A stretch of 64,000 nt of DNA from Pedobacter sp. (GTDB lineage Bacteria; Bacteroidota; Bacteroidia; Sphingobacteriales; Sphingobacteriaceae), in assembly GCA_004295885.1 (NCBI GenBank), contig SEDG01000001.1, positions 7,942 through 71,941 on the forward strand. The letters are read 5' to 3'. The notes below the pieces were generated by a model. That model saw only the letters and a list, made by a program, of their open reading frames with translations, made no database searches and was not told the origin of the DNA. Shown piece after piece: positions 20,660-30,572 of this stretch (position 1 is the stretch's first letter; the number at the start of each line of letters is the position of its first letter). Both the position numbers and the translations under genes were made by a program.

Positions 20660-21670
20660 ATGAACTACAACCTATACCATGCTGAGGATTTTGCAGCCGA
20701 TGAATCGTTTATTGCTTATTGCAACCAAACTGATTTAGAGGCTATCGCTTTCTGGAAAGATTGGATTGCCCATCATCCAGAAAAGTTAGACGAAATTTAC
20801 AATGCCGAGCAATTGTTGGCTATACTTAGTTTTAGGTTAGATGAGCAGGAGCTTCAAGATGAGTTCTCTAGATTTGACAGTTTCCTTGCCCAAGATAATG
20901 TTCCAATCTTTGGACTTGAAACGACAACTAAAAGGCCTTTTAGTTATAAAAAATGGGCTTTGGTGGCAATCGTATTTTCGATTTTTTCATTTGGCGGTTA
21001 TCAGCTCTACGATAGTCAGTTCAATAAAATAGAATATCTAACCCTTCATAACGGCAACGGAAAAATTAGTGAGTTTATGCTGAGCGATGGCACTAAAATT
21101 TCGCTTAATGCCAACAGTACACTTAAATATCCAAAGGTGTTTAATGGCGAAAAACGGGATGTTGAATTGGATGGTGAAGCTTTTTTTGAAGTGGCAAAAG
21201 ATAAAACAAAACCTTTTAGTGTAATAGCCAATGGTATAAAAACCACAGTTTTAGGTACAAAATTTAATGTTTCTTCTTACAAAAATACAGCTAAAATTAA
21301 AGTTGCATTGGTAGAAGGAAAAGTGGAGGTACAAACATTAGGCGGTAGAGATAAAATGATATTGAAACCTGCAGAAATGGCAACCTTTACAATTGAGACT
21401 GGGGCTTTGACAAGATCTGATTTTAATGCAAGAACTGTTTCATTATGGAAAACTGGTGCGGTTGTTTTTGAAAGTGCTTCGTTTGACGACATTGCTGCCA
21501 AGTTGAATAACATTTATGGAGTGGAATTAATTAATCATACCAAAGGTTTAAAGTGGAATTATTCTGGCCAGTTTGAAAACACCGACTATTTGAGCATCAT
21601 CAAAAGCATCTGCTTCGCTAAAAGAATTAACTACAAACAAACCAACCAAACGATCATATTAACAAACTAA
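20660..21670 (+). CDS. FecR-family anti-sigma factor
   Basis: One TM segment, LSDGTKISLNANS, LDGEAFFEV and VLGTKFNV motifs. Confidence 0.92.
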   Translation: MNYNLYHAEDFAADESFIAYCNQTDLEAIAFWKDWIAHHPEKLDEIYNAEQLLAILSFRLDEQELQDEFSRFDSFLAQDNVPIFGLETTTKRPFSYKKWALVAIVFSIFSFGGYQLYDSQFNKIEYLTLHNGNGKISEFMLSDGTKISLNANSTLKYPKVFNGEKRDVELDGEAFFEVAKDKTKPFSVIANGIKTTVLGTKFNVSSYKNTAKIKVALVEGKVEVQTLGGRDKMILKPAEMATFTIETGALTRSDFNARTVSLWKTGAVVFESASFDDIAAKLNNIYGVELINHTKGLKWNYSGQFENTDYLSIIKSICFAKRINYKQTNQTIILTN

Positions 21671-21671
21671 C

Positions 21672-24600
21672 ATGAAGAAAAACTACAAAAATTATGTTTT
21701 GCCCATCTTGATTGTTGTGTTTTTGTTAAACATACAGCCACCCGCAATGGCCCAAAATGTGAAACCACAAACCACAATCGTAAATCTTAATGTGAAGGCT
21801 AAACCATTGTCTGCAATTTTTAAGGAAATAGAAAAGCAAACTGGGTATGCCTTTAATTATGATCAAAACGAAATTGATTTAACACAATCAGTAACAGTAA
21901 ATTCTAAAAACAGCTTGAAAGAAACGCTCACGGCGCTTTCATCGCAGTTAGGACTAGATTTTAGTATTTCTGGTGCTAATATTTCTGTTCGCAAAGGCGA
22001 TAAAAAAACACCACCACAGGTTAGATTAATCAGTGGTTTGGTAATAAACGATGGATTGCCTATTCCAGGTGTAAATATCTTTAAAAAGGGGACTAGACAA
22101 GGTGCTGTGACCAATAGTGACGGGCAATTTACCTTAAAGTTGATTGGCGATAATTTAGACAATACTATATTAGAGTTCATCTATATAGGCATGCAAACTA
22201 AGCAGGTTGTACTAGGTAAGCAGACATATATTAAGGTAGAAATGTCTGATGATGTTTTTGGAATGAATGAAGTGGTTGTTACAGGATCCTATACCAAGGA
22301 AAAACGCAGGGAAGATGTGGTAGGAAGTATTGCACAAGTAAGTGCCGAAAAACTGCAAACCGATAGGCCAATTGAAAGTTTTGATAAAATGCTCGAGGGA
22401 TTGGTTGCTGGGGTTCAAGTAGAAACCACAACAGAATTAAACACCCCCGTTAAAATCAATATCCGTGGACAAGGCTCTTTGCCTACTTTTGGCGCCAGCA
22501 GGGGAACTTCTACACAGCCATTATTTGTAATTGATGGTATTCCGGCTTATGAACAACAGAGAGGTAATGAGGCTACCGTATTCAATGGCGAAACTTATTT
22601 AAACCCGCTTTCAAACATCAATCCTGATGATATAAAAAGCATCTCAATTTTAAAGGATGCAACTGCCTCTGCCTTGTATGGTGCAAATGCGGCAAATGGG
22701 GTAATTATTATCACCACAAAGGGCGGCAGTGCAGGCAAAACCAGGTTAAATTTTAGTTATGATACTGGCGTGGCTTCTTTCATTAACGAATATAAATGGC
22801 TAAGCGGACCTCAATACTATTCTCTTCTTCGCGAAACATACGTAAACGGAGGTCGCTCGGTAACTGAAGCTACGCAATTGGCTGGCAGTAATACCATAAA
22901 TACAGATTGGTTTGATTTGACGCAAAGAAATGCCATATACCAAAATGCAGGTTTGGATGTATCTGGAGGTTCAGATAAAACAACATTTAGGTTCGCAAGT
23001 GGTTACCGTAACCAACAATCTAGTTCGTTGGGTAACGATTTGGAAAAAATTTATGTGCGTTTAAGAGTTGATCATCAATTGGTTGATAAATTTAAAATAG
23101 GCTTCAATTTCAGTCCAACCTTTACCAAAAGTAATGCGCTTTCTACTTATGGAGCTGTCTTATTGCCCCCTAACTATGCACCGTATAACCCAGATGGTAC
23201 CTACAGCGATTTTTCTAATGTGCCTAATCCATTAGCCGTTTTAGCACAAAATGAACTTAGCAACAAAGGCGTGCAGTTACTGGCAAACGCTAATGCCAAT
23301 TATCAGGTTACCAAAGAAATAGCTATTTCCGCTACATTTGGCGCCGATAGTTACCAAAACAAGCAAAAGCAATACGAATCATCATTAAATGCCACCGGGA
23401 GAAATGCCAATGGCCGGTTAGAATTTTATGATCGAAATTATTTGGGCTATACTGGTTTTATTCAAGCCACTTATGATAAGGTTTTTAAAGAGAAACACAC
23501 TTTTAATTTTTTGATAGGAACGCAGGTAGAAAACAAGAATACAGACCTATTGAAAGGGCAAGGCACAGGTTTTACCTATGATCGGTTAAGGGTACTTAAT
23601 CTGGCAGGTTCGCAAACTTCCGCTTCCTCAGCATCCTCTGAGGCAACCATATCTTATTATTCTCAGCTAGGTTACGATTACGGTAAAAAGTACTATGCCA
23701 ACATCAACGGGCGCTTAGATAAGTCGTCTATTTTTGGTGGCGATAAACAAGTTGCCTTTAATGGTTCGGTAGGTTTGGCTTGGATTATTAGCAATGAAGA
23801 TTTTTTAAAAGACAATAAAACTTTAAGTTTTTTAAAGTTGAGAACCACTTATGGTTCTACTGGTAATTCTCGCATTGGAACTTATGCCGCAAGAGGATTA
23901 TATGATTTTGGAACAGCTTCTGGTAATGGTTATAATGGCAATGTAGCTTCATATCCAGAAAACTCGTCTGCGCCAAATCCAGATTTAGGGTGGGAAAAAA
24001 ATTACAAGCTGAACCTTGGATTAGATTTCACCTTATTTAATAAGGTACAGGTGACCGGGGAATATTTCAGCAATACAATTGAAGATTTAATTTCATCAGT
24101 ATATGTGCCTTTAGAAACTGGTTATTCCTTAATCTCTGCCAATACAGGTAAAATGCGCAACAGCGGATTTGAATTGTCCATCAATAGCGAATTAATGTCG
24201 AGGAAAAAGTTCAACTGGAACCTATCATTTAATTTGGGTACCAATAAAAACAAGTTAATTTCATTTAATAACGGTTATTCTGCTTTATATTCTACAGCAA
24301 TAGATGCTGCAGGTTTAAGGGTTGGCAAAAGTTCAAGTGCAATTTACGGCTATTACTGGGCTGGGGTAAATCCTCAAAACGGGGCTGAACAATTTTATAG
24401 TCCAAACGGCGAAATCAAAACCGCTAATGAGATTCAAGGCTTGCCAATCAGTTCGACAAGCGTTCTTGGGGATCGTTTGCCAGACTTTCAAGGTGGACTG
24501 ATCAACAGTTTTAATCTGTATGATTTTAATTTCTCTTTTAACATCCTTTACAGTTACGGCGCTAGCAAATTAGTAAGTTATGTAGACGAATCTGATGGCC

Positions 24601-24953
24601 GGAACCTCCAAAACAGAAACCAAAGTGTCAACTTAATCGACAGGTGGCAAAAACCAGGAGATATCACGAATATTCCTAAACTTTTAATTAGCAGGGACAT
24701 TGTGGCCAACTCATCTCGTTACCTTTATGACATGAGTTACTTGAAACTAGCCAACGTGTCTTTAGGGTATAAACTGCCCAAAACCGTCAGCGAGAAGATT
24801 CATTTAAATAATGCATCGGTATTTGCAAATGCAACCAACCTGCTTTACGTATACAAAGATGCGGGTACTAAAGGAAGAAATGGTATAGCCGAAAGAAGGT
24901 TCGTTTATCCAGAAACCTCGGCATTTACCTTTGGCGTAAAAGTAGGATTGTAA
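21672..24953 (+). CDS. susC: SusC/RagA TonB-dependent transducer with N-terminal STN extension
   Basis: STN-like LSAIFKEIEKQTGY segment, plug LKDATASALYGANAANGVIIITTK, barrel C-terminus. Confidence 0.93.
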   Translation: MKKNYKNYVLPILIVVFLLNIQPPAMAQNVKPQTTIVNLNVKAKPLSAIFKEIEKQTGYAFNYDQNEIDLTQSVTVNSKNSLKETLTALSSQLGLDFSISGANISVRKGDKKTPPQVRLISGLVINDGLPIPGVNIFKKGTRQGAVTNSDGQFTLKLIGDNLDNTILEFIYIGMQTKQVVLGKQTYIKVEMSDDVFGMNEVVVTGSYTKEKRREDVVGSIAQVSAEKLQTDRPIESFDKMLEGLVAGVQVETTTELNTPVKINIRGQGSLPTFGASRGTSTQPLFVIDGIPAYEQQRGNEATVFNGETYLNPLSNINPDDIKSISILKDATASALYGANAANGVIIITTKGGSAGKTRLNFSYDTGVASFINEYKWLSGPQYYSLLRETYVNGGRSVTEATQLAGSNTINTDWFDLTQRNAIYQNAGLDVSGGSDKTTFRFASGYRNQQSSSLGNDLEKIYVRLRVDHQLVDKFKIGFNFSPTFTKSNALSTYGAVLLPPNYAPYNPDGTYSDFSNVPNPLAVLAQNELSNKGVQLLANANANYQVTKEIAISATFGADSYQNKQKQYESSLNATGRNANGRLEFYDRNYLGYTGFIQATYDKVFKEKHTFNFLIGTQVENKNTDLLKGQGTGFTYDRLRVLNLAGSQTSASSASSEATISYYSQLGYDYGKKYYANINGRLDKSSIFGGDKQVAFNGSVGLAWIISNEDFLKDNKTLSFLKLRTTYGSTGNSRIGTYAARGLYDFGTASGNGYNGNVASYPENSSAPNPDLGWEKNYKLNLGLDFTLFNKVQVTGEYFSNTIEDLISSVYVPLETGYSLISANTGKMRNSGFELSINSELMSRKKFNWNLSFNLGTNKNKLISFNNGYSALYSTAIDAAGLRVGKSSSAIYGYYWAGVNPQNGAEQFYSPNGEIKTANEIQGLPISSTSVLGDRLPDFQGGLINSFNLYDFNFSFNILYSYGASKLVSYVDESDGRNLQNRNQSVNLIDRWQKPGDITNIPKLLISRDIVANSSRYLYDMSYLKLANVSLGYKLPKTVSEKIHLNNASVFANATNLLYVYKDAGTKGRNGIAERRFVYPETSAFTFGVKVGL

Positions 24954-24968
24954 AAACTCAAAATTAAA

Positions 24969-26414
24969 ATGATGAAAAAATATTATATATTATTAATCTC
25001 AATAATCGCAATTGGCGTCTCTTCTTGCGAGAATCTATTGGATAAAGAACCTACAGACAAAATATCCCTAGAGGATCTATTTAGGGATGTTTCTGGTTCA
25101 AAAACAGCCTTGGCAGGTGCTTATCATTCTTTATTAGAAGAAAGCCACTATCAAAAAAACCTTATGGTTTATCCAGATCTTTTAGGAGGTAACATCAAGT
25201 TCAGCAAGACCACTAACTTGCGTTTGGAGGATGTGTACAATGCCACCCAGAATGCGCTGGAATCCACGATGAACGACACTTATTCGTACTTGTATAGCGA
25301 ATTGAACAACGTTAACAATATCATTAAATATACACCTACGGCTGAAGGTTCAAGTGTAGAAAAAGCAAAGGTAATTGCAGAAGCTAAATGTATAAGGGCA
25401 CTGATTCACTTCGACCTGGTTCGCATATTTGCGAGGCCATTTAATTTTACTCCCGATGGCTCACATTTAGGTATCGCAGTGATCTTGCAGCCGCAGTTGT
25501 TCGCCGATCCATCGCCTGTAAGAAGGACCGTTGCCCAAACTTACCAGGCCATTGTTACAGATTTAACTGATGCAATCGCTGCCTTCGACAATACAAATGG
25601 AGGTGTTTTAAAAGGTGGTTATAAGCAAAATTACTTTACAAAATCCTCAGCGACTGCTTTATTGGCCAAGGTTTATTTGAACCAAAATAACTGGGATTCA
25701 GCATTTACGCTATCAGATAGCCTAATTAAAGGCAACGAATACACACTACTAACCAATACCAATTATGTTGCCAGCTGGACAGGTCGTGTGCCTTCATCAG
25801 AATCAATTTTCGAATTGGCCTTGGAAACTTCTTTTAGCAGCACGGGCTTAGGGGGCTATTTCGACTTTAACAATACCTCTGGTTACAGAATGTTCGCGGC
25901 AACCAACGATTTACTAGGTCTATACAGCGATACTGATGTGCGCAGGAATACCTCGATGTTTAACACTATCGCCATTAGTAGCGTAAATTACCTATTCACC
26001 AAAAAATATGCTGCCGGTGGTACAGCGGCTACCCCAATAAAAGTATTAAGGTTGTCAGAATTATACTTAATTAGGGCAGAGGCTGCGGCTGAAAAAAATA
26101 CGCCAGATTTTGCTACTGCAAATGCAGATTTAAATTTAATTAGAAAACGTGGCGATGCCGCTGCAACTACTTTGAGTTTAACGGTAAAAGCAGCTCTAAT
26201 TGACGCCATTCTTTTAGAAAGAAGGAAGGAATTGGCCTTTGAAGGGAACTTGCTTTTTGACCTGTTAAGGAAGAAAAAAGACGTGACTAGGATAGATGCT
26301 ACTGCAGTTAATAAAAACCTAACCACGAATGACAATAGATTAATTATGCCATTACCTGCCAACACGGTTAATGCTAATAAATTCATGATTCAAAACCCAG
26401 GCTATATCAACTAA
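24969..26414 (+). CDS. susD: SusD/RagB lipoprotein
   Basis: Lipobox VSSC, RLSELYLIRAEA, ERRKELAFEG, MPLP. Confidence 0.92.
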   Translation: MMKKYYILLISIIAIGVSSCENLLDKEPTDKISLEDLFRDVSGSKTALAGAYHSLLEESHYQKNLMVYPDLLGGNIKFSKTTNLRLEDVYNATQNALESTMNDTYSYLYSELNNVNNIIKYTPTAEGSSVEKAKVIAEAKCIRALIHFDLVRIFARPFNFTPDGSHLGIAVILQPQLFADPSPVRRTVAQTYQAIVTDLTDAIAAFDNTNGGVLKGGYKQNYFTKSSATALLAKVYLNQNNWDSAFTLSDSLIKGNEYTLLTNTNYVASWTGRVPSSESIFELALETSFSSTGLGGYFDFNNTSGYRMFAATNDLLGLYSDTDVRRNTSMFNTIAISSVNYLFTKKYAAGGTAATPIKVLRLSELYLIRAEAAAEKNTPDFATANADLNLIRKRGDAAATTLSLTVKAALIDAILLERRKELAFEGNLLFDLLRKKKDVTRIDATAVNKNLTTNDNRLIMPLPANTVNANKFMIQNPGYIN

Positions 26415-26421
26415 TCATTGT

Positions 26422-27036
26422 ATGAAAAAAATATTTACCATCCTTTTAGCTACAACATTATTTGTAGGATGCAAAAAAGACGAGCCTGCAGCTAAGGCAG
26501 ACTTATATCCAGATCAACCGGTTTCAACCCCATCAACATCAGTAATTGCTACATTTCATCAAAATGTAGCTTTCTATCAGCCTTTTGTTTATAGGTACGA
26601 TCCAACCACAAGCAAATGGACAGCCAGGATAGGAAGTCATTTTTCTACCATCCCTGCTTCAGATCCTACGGCGATTGGATTTACCAATGCAGGCGTTGCC
26701 GATAGTGGAACGGCTATGTTTGATATGGTTAAATTATACACAACTGAAACAGCTACCACAAATATTAAAACGGTAAAGATTAATGCAGATAAAGTATTGC
26801 AGTTCTTTCCAGACTTTAATGGTGCCAAAACAGGTATTGTAAAAGTGGTAACACAAGACATTGCCCTCACAAGAGCTAATTTAACAACCTTTAAAATCGG
26901 TATCAGTGGCGCAGGAACTTATGATGAAAACACCAAGGTCATAGACCTGGAAGTTAAGTTTAATGAAACTGCAATCGGCGGCACTTCACAAACTATCAAA
27001 TATAAAATAAGTCCAGTTGCATTAGTTTTAAATTAA
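26422..27036 (+). CDS. Hypothetical lipoprotein
   Basis: Lipobox FVGC; tight operon spacing after susD. Confidence 0.7.
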   Translation: MKKIFTILLATTLFVGCKKDEPAAKADLYPDQPVSTPSTSVIATFHQNVAFYQPFVYRYDPTTSKWTARIGSHFSTIPASDPTAIGFTNAGVADSGTAMFDMVKLYTTETATTNIKTVKINADKVLQFFPDFNGAKTGIVKVVTQDIALTRANLTTFKIGISGAGTYDENTKVIDLEVKFNETAIGGTSQTIKYKISPVALVLN

Positions 27037-27041
27037 TAGAG

Positions 27042-28172
27042 ATGAAAAGATTAATCATTATATTTTCAGTAATTACCATTTTTTTAATTGGTACTGCATT
27101 TCTGCAAGAAAAAGAATATACTGTAGAAGAGCTGCGTGAACTTTACAGTGGCGAACCAACAAAGTGGCCTAAACCAAATTTAGATCAAGAGGCCAAAAAG
27201 GGATTTAGCGATATTGGTTATTTGGGGAGACCTGAATATCCTAAAGATAATCCATTTTCAGAAGAGAAGCAGAAGTTGGGTAGAACTTTGTTTTTTGATC
27301 CTCGACTTTCATCATCTAAACAAATTGCTTGCGCATCGTGCCATGACCCAGAATTGGGTTGGGGAGATGGTAAGCGAGTTGCTTATGGACATGACCGTCA
27401 GAATGGAAAACGCAATGCGATGACCATTATTAATACGGCGTTCTATAAAAAATTCTTTTGGGACGGCAGGGCAGGCAGCCTAGAGCATCAATCTGGCTTT
27501 CCGGTCGCAGATCATGTAGAGATGAACATGGACCTTAAGGAAATGGTTAAAAACGTAACTCAGGTGCAAGGTTATAAACCATTGTTTAAGTTGGCTTTTG
27601 GAAGTGATGAAATTAATCTTGATAAAATTCAAAAGGCGATTGCAACCTTTGAACGAGGAATTGTAAGTACAAATAGTCGCTTTGATTCTTTTGTTAAGGG
27701 AAATAAAAATGCACTAAAGGATGATGAGGTTGTAGGTTTACATCTTTTCCGTACCAAGGCGAGGTGTATCAATTGCCACAATTCTCCTTTGTTCAGTGAT
27801 AATCAATTTCATAATGATGGACAAGCGCTATTGGGCTCAAAATTTGAAGACTTAGGTCTTTATAACGTTACCAAGGATTTAAAGGACGTAGGTAAAATGA
27901 GAACGCCGTCGCTTAGGGAAACCAATATCACTGGACCTTGGATGCACCACGGTAACTTTCCATCTATTAAAGATGTAATTGAGTTTTATAACCTAGGTAA
28001 CCCGATTGCACAACAGCGAAGTTTAAAAGTAGCAGATTCTTTAAAAGCTCCAAAATCGGCCATGCTGAGAAAATTAGATTTGACCCTGAAAGAACAGCAA
28101 CAAGTGGAAGCATTCTTGAAGTCGATTAGTACAATGGTTAATAAGATTAATCCACCCGTGTTACCAAAGTAA
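27042..28172 (+). CDS. Di-heme cytochrome c peroxidase superfamily protein (MauG/MbnH-like)
   Basis: Two CxxCH motifs (CASCH, CINCH), LFFDPRLS, FWDGRA and TPSLR...PWMHHG...EFYN; signal peptide. Confidence 0.88.
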   Translation: MKRLIIIFSVITIFLIGTAFLQEKEYTVEELRELYSGEPTKWPKPNLDQEAKKGFSDIGYLGRPEYPKDNPFSEEKQKLGRTLFFDPRLSSSKQIACASCHDPELGWGDGKRVAYGHDRQNGKRNAMTIINTAFYKKFFWDGRAGSLEHQSGFPVADHVEMNMDLKEMVKNVTQVQGYKPLFKLAFGSDEINLDKIQKAIATFERGIVSTNSRFDSFVKGNKNALKDDEVVGLHLFRTKARCINCHNSPLFSDNQFHNDGQALLGSKFEDLGLYNVTKDLKDVGKMRTPSLRETNITGPWMHHGNFPSIKDVIEFYNLGNPIAQQRSLKVADSLKAPKSAMLRKLDLTLKEQQQVEAFLKSISTMVNKINPPVLPK

Positions 28173-28183
28173 TTTATTGACAT

Positions 28184-28924
28184 TTGAGACACAACCTTTT
28201 GTTGTCCCTATTTTCATTGAGGGACAGGTACAAGCCGAACTTTATTTTATTTCTGTTGGTATGTTCCATCAGTTCCTGCAGGCTCGTTGGCGCTGTAGAT
28301 AGTTTACCTGAAGATAAGTTTCGGCTTTCAAAGGCTGATTATGAAATGCTATTCACCGATACCCAGTCGACACCAGTAAATTCGGTTGCTAGGAGAGAGG
28401 TGGAGAGTAGTTACGGAGATAGTGGGGGGTTGATATTAACTGACCTTAAAAAGGGAGCTGTGGCAAGCTTAGAAACCATGTCCTTAACGGGGCTAAAACT
28501 TTCTAGGGTGAGGCTAGACTTCGACTTTATCACTATTCCATTTAAGATACGACCTTCGATCAATGGCTTTCCCGAGCAAATGAACGCTACCTTTAATGGT
28601 GCCCTTTATTTGGGTAGGAGAAACGATTCTTATTCGATTACCAAACAGCGAGGGAAGCTTAAAATACAGGGTACCGGCTATGGGTATGGTGTGTTTTTTG
28701 GGGTTGGGTCTGTTACGATGAACCCATTTGTATTGGAAGGTAAAATTGATTACGAGTACGATGGTTTTGTGCTGCAAGGCGGTATGGCAGGTATATATGA
28801 TGCCAAGAAATTTAACATTGGCCTAGCCCTTGGAACTGATTTCTTGATGGATAAAAACAAGGGAGATTGGATTTATCAGGGTAAGCCTTGGATTGGTATG
28901 GTCTTTGGCTTGCAATTGAACTAG
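28184..28924 (+). CDS. Hypothetical protein, C-terminus resembles an outer-membrane beta-barrel
   Basis: 246-aa ORF with alternating Gly/aromatic strands ending FGLQLN; start uncertain. Confidence 0.55.
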   Translation: MRHNLLLSLFSLRDRYKPNFILFLLVCSISSCRLVGAVDSLPEDKFRLSKADYEMLFTDTQSTPVNSVARREVESSYGDSGGLILTDLKKGAVASLETMSLTGLKLSRVRLDFDFITIPFKIRPSINGFPEQMNATFNGALYLGRRNDSYSITKQRGKLKIQGTGYGYGVFFGVGSVTMNPFVLEGKIDYEYDGFVLQGGMAGIYDAKKFNIGLALGTDFLMDKNKGDWIYQGKPWIGMVFGLQLN

Positions 28925-29058
28925 GTATTACAATCCATGTGGTTTTGGGTTTACGAAAATCTATAGGACAAGAAGTTTTTTTCTATCGTTCCCATATTTC
29001 CCTAATAGGATAATGGATTATCAAAACGGACTTTCAACATTAATTTAAGATGCTTCTT

Positions 29059-30504
29059 TCATTGTTTTTTTGAAGCAATAGGAATCAACATTAGGGCTTC
29101 CCAGTTCTTCTGCATACCCTTATTTTTATTTAACTGGGCATTGATCTTTTTCTTGAATAGCCAGCAAGTGTTTTCCTTCACGGAGGTGCATATCGAGAGT
29201 TCCCTTGCGGTTATGCCTGGGTTGGACCTCAATAAGAAAAACATATAGAAAGCTTCTAGGATAGGAATTTTAATCCTATGGAATACAGTACCTGAAGTCG
29301 CCGTTTCCACATAGCCACATTTTGAGCATCTTCTCGCGTATTCAATTTTGCCAGCCCCGAACTTCTCTTGCCTGCATTTCTTACATCTATATCCATTCTC
29401 CCATTTCAACTGAGCCAAGTATTTGATGCAGGAAGCGTCATCGGGATATAATTCCTTAAATTCTTTGAAATCCAAGGGCTTTAGGTCTATCCTCGCATCT
29501 ATTTCATTTTTCAGCTGGCTCTTAAGATAATTATTGTCTGCATCTAACAGCTTGTTGATTCTTTCAATTTCTTCACTCTGTGCCCTAACCATCGTTACGT
29601 CACTACAGTTCATTACAATCCCATTTATGGCGGGATCGAAGCTCAAGTCTTTGATGAAGGACTCTAAAATAGCATATTGCCCATTTGACTTCTTTAACCT
29701 TAATTCAATCTTGGTGCCTTCAGATTTTGGGCCTACCGCCTTGTTAATGGTTTCGAAGTAATTGTCTTTGTCCTGGTCGTGGAGAATAGCTAGAATTGAG
29801 GTGCCAATGATGTCGTTCTCCGACAGCTCAAATAATCGATAGAAAGATGGGGTGATGTAACGAATGAGGTGATCTTTTCCAACAATGGCAATGATATCTG
29901 GAGAATGTCTAATTAACGACCTAAACCTCCGTTCACTTTCTATCAAAGCAAGTTCGGCCTGCTTTCTCTTGGTAATATCTATGCAACAGCCTAACAGGTA
30001 TTCCTGGCCGTCGCTCGTCTTGATCCTGGTCTTTTTGATCAACACATAGGAATCAGTGCCATTTCTAAGCGAGAATTCCTCCGAGAAAACTTCCTTGCCG
30101 GTTAGGAAAAGTGTTTCTTCTTCTTGCCAAAAGCGGTCTGCCTGGGCCTTTGGAAAAAAATCGTAATCGTTCTTGTTTTGGAGTTCGGCCCTTGTTTTGT
30201 GTTGGAGGTTACAAAGGGAGTCATTGAAGAAAACCCACCTATGTTGCCTGTCCTTAACAAATACAGGCATTGGGATTGCATTAAAAATCTGTTCCCAATG
30301 TTCTGCATCGATTTCTTCAATACTTCTTTCGCTAATGGGTTTACGGCCCATTTGGTTCACCGATTTCCCAACAAGTGCACTATCAACCGAAGCTAGTTTC
30401 TTTAGCCCGTATTGATTGACATGTCTAATCGTTAAATCTTCATTTAAGGTTAAGGCAATGGCAGAAACAATCTTGCTCAAATACTCTTCTTCTGGTAAAC
30501 TCAT
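29059..30504 (-). CDS. PAS-domain sensor fused to an IS1595-transposase-like Zn-ribbon/HTH C-terminus
   Basis: PAS repeats (PVFVKD...DITKRK; SERRFRSLI...SDVT), then F..LYPDD..C..YL..LKW.NGYRCKKC...RCSKC...TVFH..KIP. No DDE domain. Confidence 0.75.
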   Translation of the reverse strand: MSLPEEEYLSKIVSAIALTLNEDLTIRHVNQYGLKKLASVDSALVGKSVNQMGRKPISERSIEEIDAEHWEQIFNAIPMPVFVKDRQHRWVFFNDSLCNLQHKTRAELQNKNDYDFFPKAQADRFWQEEETLFLTGKEVFSEEFSLRNGTDSYVLIKKTRIKTSDGQEYLLGCCIDITKRKQAELALIESERRFRSLIRHSPDIIAIVGKDHLIRYITPSFYRLFELSENDIIGTSILAILHDQDKDNYFETINKAVGPKSEGTKIELRLKKSNGQYAILESFIKDLSFDPAINGIVMNCSDVTMVRAQSEEIERINKLLDADNNYLKSQLKNEIDARIDLKPLDFKEFKELYPDDASCIKYLAQLKWENGYRCKKCRQEKFGAGKIEYARRCSKCGYVETATSGTVFHRIKIPILEAFYMFFLLRSNPGITARELSICTSVKENTCWLFKKKINAQLNKNKGMQKNWEALMLIPIASKKQ

Positions 30505-30572
30505 CTAATAATCTATCGAAACACAAAGCTATGGAGAATGTAGTAACCAAAATTAACTAAAAAACCATTTAA

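Noticed and set aside
29059-29470. Active IS1595 insertion sequence
   Set aside because: No DDE catalytic domain or evident terminal inverted repeats; the segment is fused in frame to PAS domains.
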